This document shows, in pieces, positions 41,416-51,204 of a stretch of 51,204 nucleotides of DNA (position 1 is the first letter of the stretch; each line of letters starts with the position of its first letter). The stretch is from Flavobacteriaceae bacterium (GTDB taxonomy: Bacteria > Bacteroidota > Bacteroidia > Flavobacteriales > Flavobacteriaceae): the NCBI GenBank assembly GCA_030621915.1, contig JAUXGV010000001.1, forward strand, positions 1 through 51,204. Direction: 5' to 3'. The position numbers were made by a program, and so were the translations under genes. The notes below the pieces were generated by a model. That model was not told where the DNA came from, ran no database searches, and was given only the letters and a program-made list of their open reading frames with translations.

Positions 41416-41528
41416 ATGGAATCACCTGCACTTTATAAATTTGATCGAAAGCAATATGTTATTATTGCTTGTGGAGAGATAAGGATAGTAAATCCGGCGA
41501 TTCTTATCTGGCATTTGCTTTGCCATAG
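41416..41528 (+). pseudogene. Frameshifted C-terminal relic of a PQQ-dependent (quinoprotein glucose) dehydrogenase-like gene
   Basis: SPALYKFDRKQYVIIACG, then a frameshift at 41476-41477, then DKDSKSGDSYLAFALP-stop; this matches the C-terminal pattern characteristic of the family. Confidence 0.7.
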
Positions 41529-42853
41529 TTATCATAAAACTTTTTTCTAAAAACAACTATTAAAATTCCACCTCTTAAAATCATCCAAACGGTAAAAGCC
41601 ATCCATATGGCATAAAGTTTTAAATTGAAATAATCTCCGATAAGTAAGGTTGGAACAAAACCTATAAAAGTTGCAAATAATAAAGTGTTTCGTAATATAA
41701 CTGCTTCCGCCATTCCTTTAAAAATTCCATCGAAAACAAAAGCAATTGCATTTACAGGTTGCATGAGTATAACAATCCAAAAAATACCAGAGAACAAAAC
41801 TAAAACTTCATAATCTTTAGAAAACAATTCGCCAATTGAGGTATAAAATAAAAAGCATATCGATCCTAGAATTAAAGAAATAACGATTGTGTATTTGCCT
41901 AATATTTTACTCAAATTCCAAATGTTATTATGATCTCTTTCTCCCAATAACTTTCCTGACATTATATTTCCTACACTTGAATAGCCATCTATAAAAAAGG
42001 CAAAAAACAACCAGATTTGGAATGCGATGGTTTGAGCTGCTATATAGTTGGTACCATAACTAGTTGCATAGGCATTTGCTAAAAACAAGGCAATATTCAG
42101 GGCTATGGTTCTAATGATTAGATTGAAACTCAAGGATAGTAAACGCTTAATTTCTGGATGAAAAGGAAAAGACAATTTAATACCAAAAGGTGTTTTTCTT
42201 AACAATAATATCAGGGCTAAGATTGCCATAACTGCTTGTGAGATGACACTGGCCCAAGCAGCTCCTTCAATTTGCATCTCAGGAATAAAGCCTTCGATTC
42301 CAAATACTAAAACAAAATCCAAAACAACATTTAATCCCGCTCCAACAATACTAATGATCATTGGCCAAAAAGTATTTTGCATACCTCGAAAAACTCCGAA
42401 AATTGAAAAAACAAATAAAGTTAAAGGCAATCCTAAGGCTCTGATCTTATAATAGGCAACCGAGTTTTCTAGTACAAGACCTTGAGCATTGTACAATTCA
42501 AATATTTCAACAATAAAGAATATGGTAAATATGTATATAAGACCACTTATCAATAAATTAATAAAAATAATTTGGCTAGGTAAATTCAAAATTTCCTTAA
42601 TTCTATTGGCCCCTAAATATTGAGCAATTATAGCTGATATTGCGGATCTTGATTGTGCTAAAATCCATACGATTGCTGTAATAAAGGATCCGGCAATTCC
42701 AACCGCAGCTAAAGCTTCGGTTGGATTCGTTCTTAAATTACCTACTATCGCTGTATCCGTTATCGATAATAAAGGTTCGGCTATTCCTGCAATTATCGCC
42801 GGAATAGCCAATTTGTTAATTTTTGCAAATGAAAAAATAGAAGTTTTTTCCAA
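41504..42853 (-). CDS. MATE family efflux transporter (DinF-like)
   Basis: About 12 TM helices; LAIPAII..IAEPL...DTA.VG and FVFDGIFKG patterns. Confidence 0.92.
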   Translation of the reverse strand: MEKTSIFSFAKINKLAIPAIIAGIAEPLLSITDTAIVGNLRTNPTEALAAVGIAGSFITAIVWILAQSRSAISAIIAQYLGANRIKEILNLPSQIIFINLLISGLIYIFTIFFIVEIFELYNAQGLVLENSVAYYKIRALGLPLTLFVFSIFGVFRGMQNTFWPMIISIVGAGLNVVLDFVLVFGIEGFIPEMQIEGAAWASVISQAVMAILALILLLRKTPFGIKLSFPFHPEIKRLLSLSFNLIIRTIALNIALFLANAYATSYGTNYIAAQTIAFQIWLFFAFFIDGYSSVGNIMSGKLLGERDHNNIWNLSKILGKYTIVISLILGSICFLFYTSIGELFSKDYEVLVLFSGIFWIVILMQPVNAIAFVFDGIFKGMAEAVILRNTLLFATFIGFVPTLLIGDYFNLKLYAIWMAFTVWMILRGGILIVVFRKKFYDNYGKANAR

Positions 42854-42915
42854 ATTTTAAAACATGTTTACAATTACAAAAATAGAACATAAAAAATTGA
42901 TACAAGATTATAAAT

Positions 42916-44946
42916 ATGTTAGATATAGAATATTTACCTGTTCATTTTGCGTTATTTTTAATAATAGGAATTGTCACAGGGTTCTATATTGATATTGGAA
43001 CCCTCCCAATCTTCATTATAATTATTGTTTTATTTGTTTGTTTGATCTATCGGTACTTGAAGTCAATCAACTCCTTTCAGCCATCTTTTTCTTATACCAT
43101 TCTTACCGGGTTCATTTTCTTTGTTTTTGGAATATTAATCATAAATGCCCAGAAACCACAAAATCAAAAGGGGCATTATATACATCTAATAGCTTCAGAA
43201 AATCAAATATCTTTTCAAATAAGAAAAATCTTAAAATCCAATAATTATTATGATAAATACGAAGCTGAGGTTTTACAAATAAATAGTTTTAATACTTATG
43301 GTAAAGTATTGATAAATGTGAAAAAAGACAGTTTAAAAAGAGAATTGAAAACTGATGATATTTTGTTTACAAATAATGAATTCAAAGAAATAAGAAAGTC
43401 ATTAAACCCACATGAATTTGATTATCGTGACTACCTAAAAAAACAACAAATTTATTTTCAGTTTATTTTGAATTCAAGGGATTATTTAATTGTCTCTGAT
43501 CAAAGGACCTTATTAGGAATTGCTCATAATTTAAGAGAAAAAATTCAAAAGGAATTTGAAAATGTAAATTTTAGCAAGAATGAATTGTCTATTGTTAAGG
43601 CATTATTACTTGGACAACGTCAAGATATTTCTAAGGAACAATTCAACCAATACAAAAATGCTGGAGTTATTCATATTTTGGCGGTTTCAGGTTTGCACAT
43701 GGGAATCATTTTATTGTTTTTAAACTTTTTATTTAAACCCATTGAATATGTAAAAAAAGGGAAAATCTTAAAATTGATTTTGGTTTTAATTTGTTTGTGG
43801 TTTTATGCATTTTTAGCGGGACTTTCTCCGTCAATTATAAGATCGGTTACTATGTTTACGGCAATAGCCATTGGTTTGGTTTCAAATCGTCGATTTGGAA
43901 TTCAAAACAGTTTGGTAATTTCTGTTTTTATCTTATTAATAGTACATCCACAATATTTATTCAATGTAGGTTTTCAATTGAGTTATACGGCGGTTTTTAG
44001 TATCATTTGGTTACAGCCATTATTTGCCAATAACTGGAAACCCAAACCTATTATATTAAAATATTTCTGGTCTCTTATAACAGTAACTTTTGCAGCTCAA
44101 ATTGGGGTTTTGCCTTTAAGTCTATTTTATTTTCATCAGTTTCCAGGTTTGTTTTTTATCTCTAGCATTGTCATTATTCCATTTTTAGGATTCATTTTAG
44201 GGGTGGGTTTTTTAATCATTATTTTAGGAGTTTTATATTTTATTCCTCAACCATTGGCTGAATTTTATGAATTCCTGATTCGTACTATGAATGATTTTGT
44301 GGCATTTATTTCAAACCAGGAAATTTTTATTTTTGAAAACATATCTTTTTCTGTTATAACCATGATCCTGTTTTATGCGTTATTAATAGGTATAGTTTTA
44401 TGGATTAATAACAAATCAATATATTATTTAAGATTCGTACTTATAGTTGCCTTTATTTTTCAAGTATCATTAATTTATAAAAAATACACGGTTCAAAATA
44501 CTAATGAGTTTGTAGTTTTTCATCAATCTAATAAATCAGTTTTTGGAAATAGACAAGGCTCTCAAATATCTATATTTCAAAATTTAGATACTCTTGATAA
44601 GTACACTTATTCACCTTTTAGTTCGTATCTATTGTACCATTCAAATCTAAATTTTCAAAAAAAACTATCTGTTAAAAACATATATACTATTAATTCAAAA
44701 AACATTTTGACAATTGATAGATCAGGAATTTATAAAGATCTAAAATTTAACCCAAACATGATAATTCTAATCAATTCTCCAAAAATTAATTTGGAACGAA
44801 TGTTGAATATATTACAGCCTGAAATTGTAATTGCCGATGGCTCAAATTATAATAGTTATGTCAAACTTTGGAGAGAAACTTGTAAAAGTAAATCTATAGC
44901 CTTTTATAGTACTCAGAAAAATGGAGCTTTTGTGTACAGATACTAA
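42916..44946 (+). CDS. comEC: ComEC/Rec2 competence membrane protein
   Basis: NPHEFDY, AGVIHILAVSGLH, SPSIIRS and GFQLSY motifs. Confidence 0.94.
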   Translation: MLDIEYLPVHFALFLIIGIVTGFYIDIGTLPIFIIIIVLFVCLIYRYLKSINSFQPSFSYTILTGFIFFVFGILIINAQKPQNQKGHYIHLIASENQISFQIRKILKSNNYYDKYEAEVLQINSFNTYGKVLINVKKDSLKRELKTDDILFTNNEFKEIRKSLNPHEFDYRDYLKKQQIYFQFILNSRDYLIVSDQRTLLGIAHNLREKIQKEFENVNFSKNELSIVKALLLGQRQDISKEQFNQYKNAGVIHILAVSGLHMGIILLFLNFLFKPIEYVKKGKILKLILVLICLWFYAFLAGLSPSIIRSVTMFTAIAIGLVSNRRFGIQNSLVISVFILLIVHPQYLFNVGFQLSYTAVFSIIWLQPLFANNWKPKPIILKYFWSLITVTFAAQIGVLPLSLFYFHQFPGLFFISSIVIIPFLGFILGVGFLIIILGVLYFIPQPLAEFYEFLIRTMNDFVAFISNQEIFIFENISFSVITMILFYALLIGIVLWINNKSIYYLRFVLIVAFIFQVSLIYKKYTVQNTNEFVVFHQSNKSVFGNRQGSQISIFQNLDTLDKYTYSPFSSYLLYHSNLNFQKKLSVKNIYTINSKNILTIDRSGIYKDLKFNPNMIILINSPKINLERMLNILQPEIVIADGSNYNSYVKLWRETCKSKSIAFYSTQKNGAFVYRY

Positions 44947-45064
44947 CAATAATCCTTTACAATTTTATGTATATTTGCTCGTTTTAGAAATGAATTGATG
45001 GATTTTGGAAAGTAGAATATTACAGTTGAAACCAGCAGGCAATTATTCAATTTTAAGTTAAGTT

Positions 45065-46033
45065 TTGAAAATAAAAAGGAAACATATTATTATCAGTATT
45101 GGGATATTCTTGATTCCGTATCTGAATTTTTCACAGGAAGATCTCACCTCTACTGAGGAATATCTGGAAGAACAACAGGATATTAACTTTCAAACTTTCT
45201 TTTTTGAAGCACTTCAACAAAAAGCCATTGGTAATTTTGACAAGGCCATTTTTGCTCTTGAAGCCTGTCATAATATAGATAGTGAAAATGTCGCTGTATT
45301 GTTTGAAATGTCTAAAAATTACACACTTTTAAATAAATTTACTGAGGCAGAGTATTATATTTTAAAAGGCCTAGAATTTAATCCTTCTAATATATATATG
45401 TTAAGGGATTTAAAAGAAATTAAAGAAAAGAAAAATGATTATAAGGGAGCTATAAATATTCAAAAGCAAATTGTACAAATTAAACCGGATGAAGAATCTG
45501 ATTTGGTAATATTATATATAAAATCAGGTGAAATTGATCAAGCTATTTCGTTACTATCAAGGCTGGATTCAATCAATAAACTTCCTCCATCTTTAGTAAC
45601 GTTGAAAGAATCATTAACAAGGTCTAAACCTGTTAAAAATGAAAATTATCAAAAAACTGAAAAGTATACGGAATCTAAACTTGATAAATTAAAGCAAAAT
45701 TACAATTTGAAAAATGATTTTAAATCTTTAAAACTGGTTTTAAATTCCGAATTAAAAACCAAACAATATTTAGATTTATTAAAGGATAGTGAAGAGGCAA
45801 TCAGCTTATATCCGGCTCAACCATATGTATATTTAATGAACGGAGTGGCATTAAATAGTCTGAGAAAATATAAATACGCTATAGAAAAATTAGAAATTGG
45901 TTTGGAATATGTAATAGATAATAATACCGAGGCACAATTTATGGAACAACTGAGTTTAAGCTACAAAGGACTTGGTCAAAATAAAATAGCAACTACTTAT
46001 TATAAAAAAGCTTTAGATTTGCGAAAAAAATAA
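45065..46033 (+). CDS. Tetratricopeptide-repeat exported protein
   Basis: FQTFFFEALQQKAIGNFDKA and further TPR-like helices; position before the DUF4292 and envC genes. Confidence 0.8.
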   Translation: MKIKRKHIIISIGIFLIPYLNFSQEDLTSTEEYLEEQQDINFQTFFFEALQQKAIGNFDKAIFALEACHNIDSENVAVLFEMSKNYTLLNKFTEAEYYILKGLEFNPSNIYMLRDLKEIKEKKNDYKGAINIQKQIVQIKPDEESDLVILYIKSGEIDQAISLLSRLDSINKLPPSLVTLKESLTRSKPVKNENYQKTEKYTESKLDKLKQNYNLKNDFKSLKLVLNSELKTKQYLDLLKDSEEAISLYPAQPYVYLMNGVALNSLRKYKYAIEKLEIGLEYVIDNNTEAQFMEQLSLSYKGLGQNKIATTYYKKALDLRKK

Positions 46034-46036
46034 TAA

Positions 46037-46816
46037 ATGAAAAGAATAAGTACCCTTTTTATTATTGCATTAATTTCTTTGTATTCATGTAAAAGTAGCA
46101 AAACATCTGATACAGATATTGTAAATTTATCAGCTAAAAAAGTAATTAAGAGAAATTATGAAGCCCGATTTAATAAAACTAATATTAAAGCCAATTTAAC
46201 CTTAAAATATAAGGGTAGTGCCGGATTACCAAATTTAAATGCTTCTTTGCGAATGGTAAAAGATTCAATAATTTGGTTAAGTGTTACAAAATTCGGAATT
46301 CCATTTGCGAAAATTATCATTGATAAAAACGAAGTTAAATATTATGAAAAATTATCAAGAACCTATTTTATTGGAAATTTTGACTTAATCAGCCATTGGT
46401 TGGGTGTTGATTTTGATTTTAACCAAATTCAAAATTTATTCCTTGGTGAATCCATATTAAATTTAAAAGAGAAAAAATATGAAATCCAAATTAAGGAAAA
46501 TTTGTATGCATTAAATCCAAAAAACAACCCTTTTCCTTTCGAAATATTATTTTGGATTAATCCAATGAATTTTAAGTTGGAAAAAGAGGAACTTAAGGAT
46601 CCCAAAAAAGAACAAAAATTATTGGTAACCTATAAGGGATATAATGAAATCAATGATCATTTGTTTCCAAAAGGATTCACTATTCATGCTACTGATAAAA
46701 AAAATAGAACTATAGTGGATATAAATTATCGAAATGTTACTTTTGATACGCCACTTAGATTTCCATTTAAAATACCAAATGGATATGAAGAATTGAATTT
46801 TAATGACAGTAAATAA
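46037..46816 (+). CDS. DUF4292-like lipoprotein
   Basis: Lipobox LYSC, R..KDS.IW and FPFKIP.GY patterns. Confidence 0.82.
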   Translation: MKRISTLFIIALISLYSCKSSKTSDTDIVNLSAKKVIKRNYEARFNKTNIKANLTLKYKGSAGLPNLNASLRMVKDSIIWLSVTKFGIPFAKIIIDKNEVKYYEKLSRTYFIGNFDLISHWLGVDFDFNQIQNLFLGESILNLKEKKYEIQIKENLYALNPKNNPFPFEILFWINPMNFKLEKEELKDPKKEQKLLVTYKGYNEINDHLFPKGFTIHATDKKNRTIVDINYRNVTFDTPLRFPFKIPNGYEELNFNDSK

Positions 46817-48059
46817 GCAATTAAATATAAAAATTATAAATACCTCTTTAAAGGGTATATCATTGGCAATCTTTTGTTTAATGTTCTTTATTATTGCCCC
46901 TTGTTCATCGTATGCTCAAAACAGAAAAGAATTAGAAAAACAAAGAATTAAACTTCAACAAGAAATTAAAGAGATCAATTCTTTATTGTTTAAGTCCCAA
47001 AAAGAAGAAGAAAATCTATTATCCGAATTAAATGATTTGAATAGAAGAATTGCTGTTCGAACCAAATTGATTGCCACAATTAACGAGGAAAATGAAGAAA
47101 TTACTTTAGAAATTGCTAAAAATGAAAAAGAAGTAGATCAATTACAAAGCAGGTTGAACGATTTAAAAGATGATTATGCCAATATGGTGATTCAATCTTA
47201 TAAGAGTAAGACTCAGCAAAGTAGACTCATGTTTATACTTTCTTCTGAAAATTTCTTACAGGCTTATAAAAGGTTAGAATATATCAATCAATATGCCAAC
47301 CATCGCCAACAACAAGGTGAGGAAATAAAGGTTGAAGCTTTAAAATTGAAAAATTTAAATGATTATTTAGATGAAACTAGAACGGCTAAAGAGAATTTAT
47401 TATTAGTAAATAAACTAGAAAAAGATAATATTAGTAAGGAAAAAATTTCGCAGGAAAGTTTGGTGAACTCTGTTAAAAAGAGAGAAAGAAAATACATTAC
47501 TCAGATTAAGAAAAAACAGAGGGAAGAAAAAGAAATTGACAGAAAAATTACAAAGTTAATTCGTGATGCTATTGCTAAATCTAATAAAAAAAATAATGTT
47601 AAAAGTTCAAGTTTTAGCTTGACTCCTGAAGCCAAGAAGTTAGAAAAAGATTTTATTTCTAATAAAGGTAAATTACCTTCTCCAGTTGAAAGAGGAATTA
47701 TTATTAGACATTTTGGAAAACAAAAACACCCAACATTGAGTGGAATAACCATTGAAAGCAATGGTGTGTTTTATGCCACAGAACAAAATGCCAATGCAAG
47801 GGTAATATTTGACGGAAGGGTATTGGCTATTCAAGTACTGCCAGGTAAAAAGAAAGCTGTTTTGATTCAACATGGAAATTATATTTCTGTATATAAAAAC
47901 TTAGATAATGTCAATGTTAAAACCGGTGATTTAGTCAATACCAAGCAGGAAATAGGTAAAATTCATACTGATAAAACCACAGGTAAAACCATTCTGGCCT
48001 TTGTATTATTCAAGGAAATTCATCGTCAGAACCCAGAGGAATGGGTGTATAAAATTTAA
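46803..48059 (+). CDS. envC: Murein hydrolase activator EnvC family (coiled coil plus degenerate M23 domain)
   Basis: Long coiled coil and NKGKLPSPV; the M23 domain lacks zinc ligands (SNGV, VYKNL, LAF). Confidence 0.85.
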   Translation: MTVNKQLNIKIINTSLKGISLAIFCLMFFIIAPCSSYAQNRKELEKQRIKLQQEIKEINSLLFKSQKEEENLLSELNDLNRRIAVRTKLIATINEENEEITLEIAKNEKEVDQLQSRLNDLKDDYANMVIQSYKSKTQQSRLMFILSSENFLQAYKRLEYINQYANHRQQQGEEIKVEALKLKNLNDYLDETRTAKENLLLVNKLEKDNISKEKISQESLVNSVKKRERKYITQIKKKQREEKEIDRKITKLIRDAIAKSNKKNNVKSSSFSLTPEAKKLEKDFISNKGKLPSPVERGIIIRHFGKQKHPTLSGITIESNGVFYATEQNANARVIFDGRVLAIQVLPGKKKAVLIQHGNYISVYKNLDNVNVKTGDLVNTKQEIGKIHTDKTTGKTILAFVLFKEIHRQNPEEWVYKI

Positions 48060-49060
48060 TCTTCCTTTAAAAATTCTTTTATTTTACTTTCTAATTCTTC
48101 GGCCAATTCAGGATTGTCATTAATTAAGCCTTTTACCGCGTCCCTTCCCTGACCTAACTTGGTGTCACCATAACTAAACCATGAACCGCTTTTTTTAATT
48201 ATTCCATATTCAACACCTAAATCTAAAATTTCACCAACCTTTGAAATTCCTTCTCCATACATGATATCGAATTCAGTAATTTTAAATGGGGGTGCCACTT
48301 TGTTTTTAACAACTTTAACCTTGGTTCTATTTCCTAAAACTTGATCACCATCCTTAATTTGGGTACGCCTTCTTATATCTAATCTTACTGAAGCATAAAA
48401 TTTTAGAGCATTACCTCCTGTAGTTGTTTCCGGATTACCGAACATTACACCAATTTTTTCACGTAGCTGATTAATAAATATAACCGTGCAATTGGTTTTA
48501 CTAATTGTAGCAGTAAGTTTACGTAAGGCTTGAGACATCAATCGGGCATGTAGACCCATTTTTGAATCACCCATTTCACCTTCAATTTCGCTTTTTGGTG
48601 TTAGGGCCGCTACCGAATCTATAACAATAATATCGATTGCCCCTGAACTAATCAAATTATCAGTAATTTCTAAAGCTTGTTCACCATAATCTGGTTGAGA
48701 AATAATCAAATTATCAATATCAACTCCTAAGTTTTCTGCATAAAATCTATCAAATGCATGTTCCGCATCAATAAAAGCTGCAATTCCACCAGATTTTTGA
48801 CATTCTGCCATAGCATGCAAAGACAAGGTTGTTTTACCTGAGGATTCAGGTCCGTAAATTTCAATAACTCTACCCCGGGGATACCCTCCAACTCCTAATG
48901 CTATATCTAAGCCCAAGGATCCGGATGAAATTGCATCAATATCTTGATGAGCCACATCTCCAAGTTTCATAACTGCTCCTTTACCGTATGTTTTATCAAG
49001 TTTGTCAAGTGTAAGTTGTAATGATTTTAATTTCGCTACTTTTTCTTTGTCGTCTGTCAT
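48056..49060 (-). CDS. recA: Recombinase RecA
   Basis: [31 protein letters not shown] and [14 protein letters not shown] motifs. Confidence 0.99.
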   Translation of the reverse strand: MTDDKEKVAKLKSLQLTLDKLDKTYGKGAVMKLGDVAHQDIDAISSGSLGLDIALGVGGYPRGRVIEIYGPESSGKTTLSLHAMAECQKSGGIAAFIDAEHAFDRFYAENLGVDIDNLIISQPDYGEQALEITDNLISSGAIDIIVIDSVAALTPKSEIEGEMGDSKMGLHARLMSQALRKLTATISKTNCTVIFINQLREKIGVMFGNPETTTGGNALKFYASVRLDIRRRTQIKDGDQVLGNRTKVKVVKNKVAPPFKITEFDIMYGEGISKVGEILDLGVEYGIIKKSGSWFSYGDTKLGQGRDAVKGLINDNPELAEELESKIKEFLKED

Positions 49061-49188
49061 AATCGTGCTTAATTTTTATACTTTATTAGAAAGCTAAAAT
49101 ATAAAAAAGAAGTGGAGTTTTTAATGTGAATTTAATTTAATACTAACAATAATTTAATAAAAATATGAATTGATTATTTTACAAATTT

Positions 49189-49638
49189 CTATACTTGATA
49201 AATCATCTTAATATGTGGGATTCCATCTTCCAAATAACCCTCACCTATTTGCGTGAAATGATGAGAATTATAAAATTTTTTCAGATGTTCTTGAGCGCTT
49301 ATTGTTATTATATGTGTATGAAAATAGTTTTTTATAGCCTTAATACTTTCTCTCATTAAAAGATGACCCAATTTAGATTTTCGATGGTTTTCGTCCACTA
49401 CCACCCTACCTATACTTGCATTTTCAAAATATTTTCCGGCACCAAATAATCTTGTATATGCAATAATTTGATCATTATCAACTAGAAATAAATGCAAAGC
49501 TTTTTGATCCTTATTATCAAGATCCTGATAAACACAATCCTGTTCAACAACAAATACCTCACTTCTCAACCTTAAAATTTGATAGAGTTCATTATTTGTT
49601 AATTCATCAAAATTTTTTATGATTGTTTTAGGCGTCAT
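49189..49638 (-). CDS. elaA: GNAT N-acetyltransferase (ElaA-like)
   Basis: LRSEVFVVEQDCVYQDLD, IGRVVV, SAQ and YLEDGIPH motifs. Confidence 0.88.
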   Translation of the reverse strand: MTPKTIIKNFDELTNNELYQILRLRSEVFVVEQDCVYQDLDNKDQKALHLFLVDNDQIIAYTRLFGAGKYFENASIGRVVVDENHRKSKLGHLLMRESIKAIKNYFHTHIITISAQEHLKKFYNSHHFTQIGEGYLEDGIPHIKMIYQV

Positions 49639-49696
49639 TAATTTCTATTCTTTAAGTTTTTAAACCAACAATAAGAAACTAAAATGAGATCAGTTC

Positions 49697-50629
49697 CTAG
49701 TCTTGAACTATTATATCTTTTTCATCACATTTTCTATATTCAGGTTGAATATTCACATGATTAATTTGATATTCGTTAAATAATAATAATTCGATTTCAT
49801 CAAGAATTTTATCAAATTCAGAAATTCTTATATCATTTCTAAAATCAATATGTGCTTCTAAATGAATTTCGTCTTCATTTAATTGCCAAATATGAATATG
49901 GTGCATGTTTTTTACACTTTTTAATGCATTTACTTTTTCCGCTATTTCCTTTACAGACATATCTTCAGGTGTAAATAACATAAGTACTTTAATAGAATCA
50001 ATTAATAGCTGATATCCTACAACTATTAGATATAAGGCAATGGCAAGAGTTAGTACACTATCTATCCAATAAATCTGATAATATTTCATAAGTAGTCCAC
50101 CTATTAACACCGCAACACTTGCCATCATATCCGTTAATAAATGTAAATAAGCGGAACGCATATTCATATTTTTATCAGCATCCTTTTTAAGTAAAAGAAC
50201 ACTGAAACCATTGGCAAAAATTCCAAATAATGACAACCAAATTACTAGATCTGATTCAATTTCTTCAGGGTATTGAAAGCGCTTGGTCGCCTCTATAATT
50301 AATAAAACTGCCACTATAATTAAGGTTGCAGCATTCACAAAGGCAGCTATAATTTCTGCCCGTTTATATCCAAAGGTTTTATTAGTAGAGGCTTTTTTTC
50401 TAGATAATTTATTCGCTACATAACTTATTATTAAAGATACAACATCTGAAAAATTATGTAATGCATCTGATAATAAAGCCAAACTTCCTGAAAGGACTCC
50501 TCCAACTGCCTGAGCAACCGTAATTAATATATTGAGAAAAATAGATATAAATAGATTTCGTCCTTTTAAATCACCATTAGAGTGGTGGGAATGACTATTT
50601 GAATGAGAATGTGAGCGATGATGACTCAT
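49697..50629 (-). CDS. czcD: Cation diffusion facilitator, CzcD/ZitB-like Zn/Co/Cd exporter
   Basis: His-rich N-terminus, SLALLSDALHNFSD, TFGYKRAE and AYLHLLTD motifs. Confidence 0.9.
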   Translation of the reverse strand: MSHHRSHSHSNSHSHHSNGDLKGRNLFISIFLNILITVAQAVGGVLSGSLALLSDALHNFSDVVSLIISYVANKLSRKKASTNKTFGYKRAEIIAAFVNAATLIIVAVLLIIEATKRFQYPEEIESDLVIWLSLFGIFANGFSVLLLKKDADKNMNMRSAYLHLLTDMMASVAVLIGGLLMKYYQIYWIDSVLTLAIALYLIVVGYQLLIDSIKVLMLFTPEDMSVKEIAEKVNALKSVKNMHHIHIWQLNEDEIHLEAHIDFRNDIRISEFDKILDEIELLLFNEYQINHVNIQPEYRKCDEKDIIVQD

Positions 50630-50636
50630 TAATTAT

Positions 50637-51071
50637 TTAGCAACTTATTGGGATTTTATCAATTCTGTTTTGATGTCTTCCTCCTTCAAATTTTGTATTT
50701 AAAAAAGTTTTAACCATTTCAATAGCTTGTGGAATGGCAGTATATCTTGCAGGAATACATAAAATATTTGCATTGTTATGTTGTTTTACTAGGGCAACTA
50801 TTTCTTTATTCCAACAAAGACCCGCTCGAACATTTGCATATTTGTTAGCAGTCATTGAAACACCATTTGCACTACCACAAATTAAAATTCCCAAATCAAC
50901 AGTATTATCATTTACACTGCTAGCTACCGGATGCACAAAATCAGCATAATCAACACTATCATTCGAATCAGTTCCATGGTTAAAAATAGTGATATTTTCA
51001 GATTCTAAATATTCTAAAATTGCAAATTTATATTCAGTTCCTGCATGATCATTTCCTATAGCTATTTTCAT
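50637..51071 (-). CDS. rpiB: Ribose-5-phosphate isomerase B
   Basis: GNDHAG, SVDY, ICGSANG, HNNAN and FEGGRH motifs. Confidence 0.96.
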   Translation of the reverse strand: MKIAIGNDHAGTEYKFAILEYLESENITIFNHGTDSNDSVDYADFVHPVASSVNDNTVDLGILICGSANGVSMTANKYANVRAGLCWNKEIVALVKQHNNANILCIPARYTAIPQAIEMVKTFLNTKFEGGRHQNRIDKIPISC

Positions 51072-51204
51072 TATTATAATTTTGTTAGCAAAGATACTAA
51101 ACTATTCAAAGACATTTTAATTTATATAAATAATCAAAATGGATTTTCTATATTTTATCTATTATCTCGTATATAATGAAATACACGGTTGAATTTAAAT
51201 TGCC

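Noticed and set aside
48056-48059. envC and recA stop codons overlap in TTAA, and the genes at 15873/15874 abut
   Set aside because: Common for convergent genes in compact AT-rich genomes
50570-50629. His/Ser repeat at the CDF N-terminus
   Set aside because: Ordinary feature of CzcD/ZitB transporters
659-50949. Numerous 60-167 aa ORFs antisense or out of frame within known genes (e.g. 4056-4559, 34024-34428, 30006-30296)
   Set aside because: Shadow ORFs fully inside well-supported genes, with no recognisable motifs
1-51204. CRISPR array, tRNA, rRNA, prophage, integrase or defence system
   Set aside because: No regularly spaced repeats, cloverleafs, phage genes or recombinase genes were seen; coding density leaves little room for them

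Overview
AT-rich bacterial chromosomal window with Bacteroidota (Flavobacteriaceae-like) gene content and gene order, and TAnnTTTG-type -7 promoter motifs. It uses the standard code 11, since several genes end in TGA. The window is mostly core housekeeping: pckA, radA, lpxH, queD, kbl, dprA, hemD, pyrC, tyrS, cls, an ECF sigma/anti-sigma pair, sdhCAB, ybdL/yafV, two tandem plsC, pgi, dsbD, tilS, prc, surE, lpxB, a MATE exporter, comEC, envC, recA, a CDF transporter and rpiB. I see no prophage, CRISPR array, rRNA, tRNA or transposase, and I did not find a convincing new multi-gene system. The notable signals are small. (1) sdhB carries a single in-frame TGA inside its [2Fe-2S] motif. (2) A 169-bp MITE-like element folds as one long hairpin, with 20-bp TIRs and TAA flanks. 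(3) A REP-like hairpin cluster sits upstream of pckA. (4) Two roughly 100-bp gene fossils lie in intergenic DNA, one acyl-ACP desaturase-like and one resembling the C-terminus of a PQQ glucose dehydrogenase. (5) There are several candidate operator sites. Together the lesions may indicate erosion of O2-linked functions, which is inference only. Product calls come from recognising motifs by eye; no searches were run.
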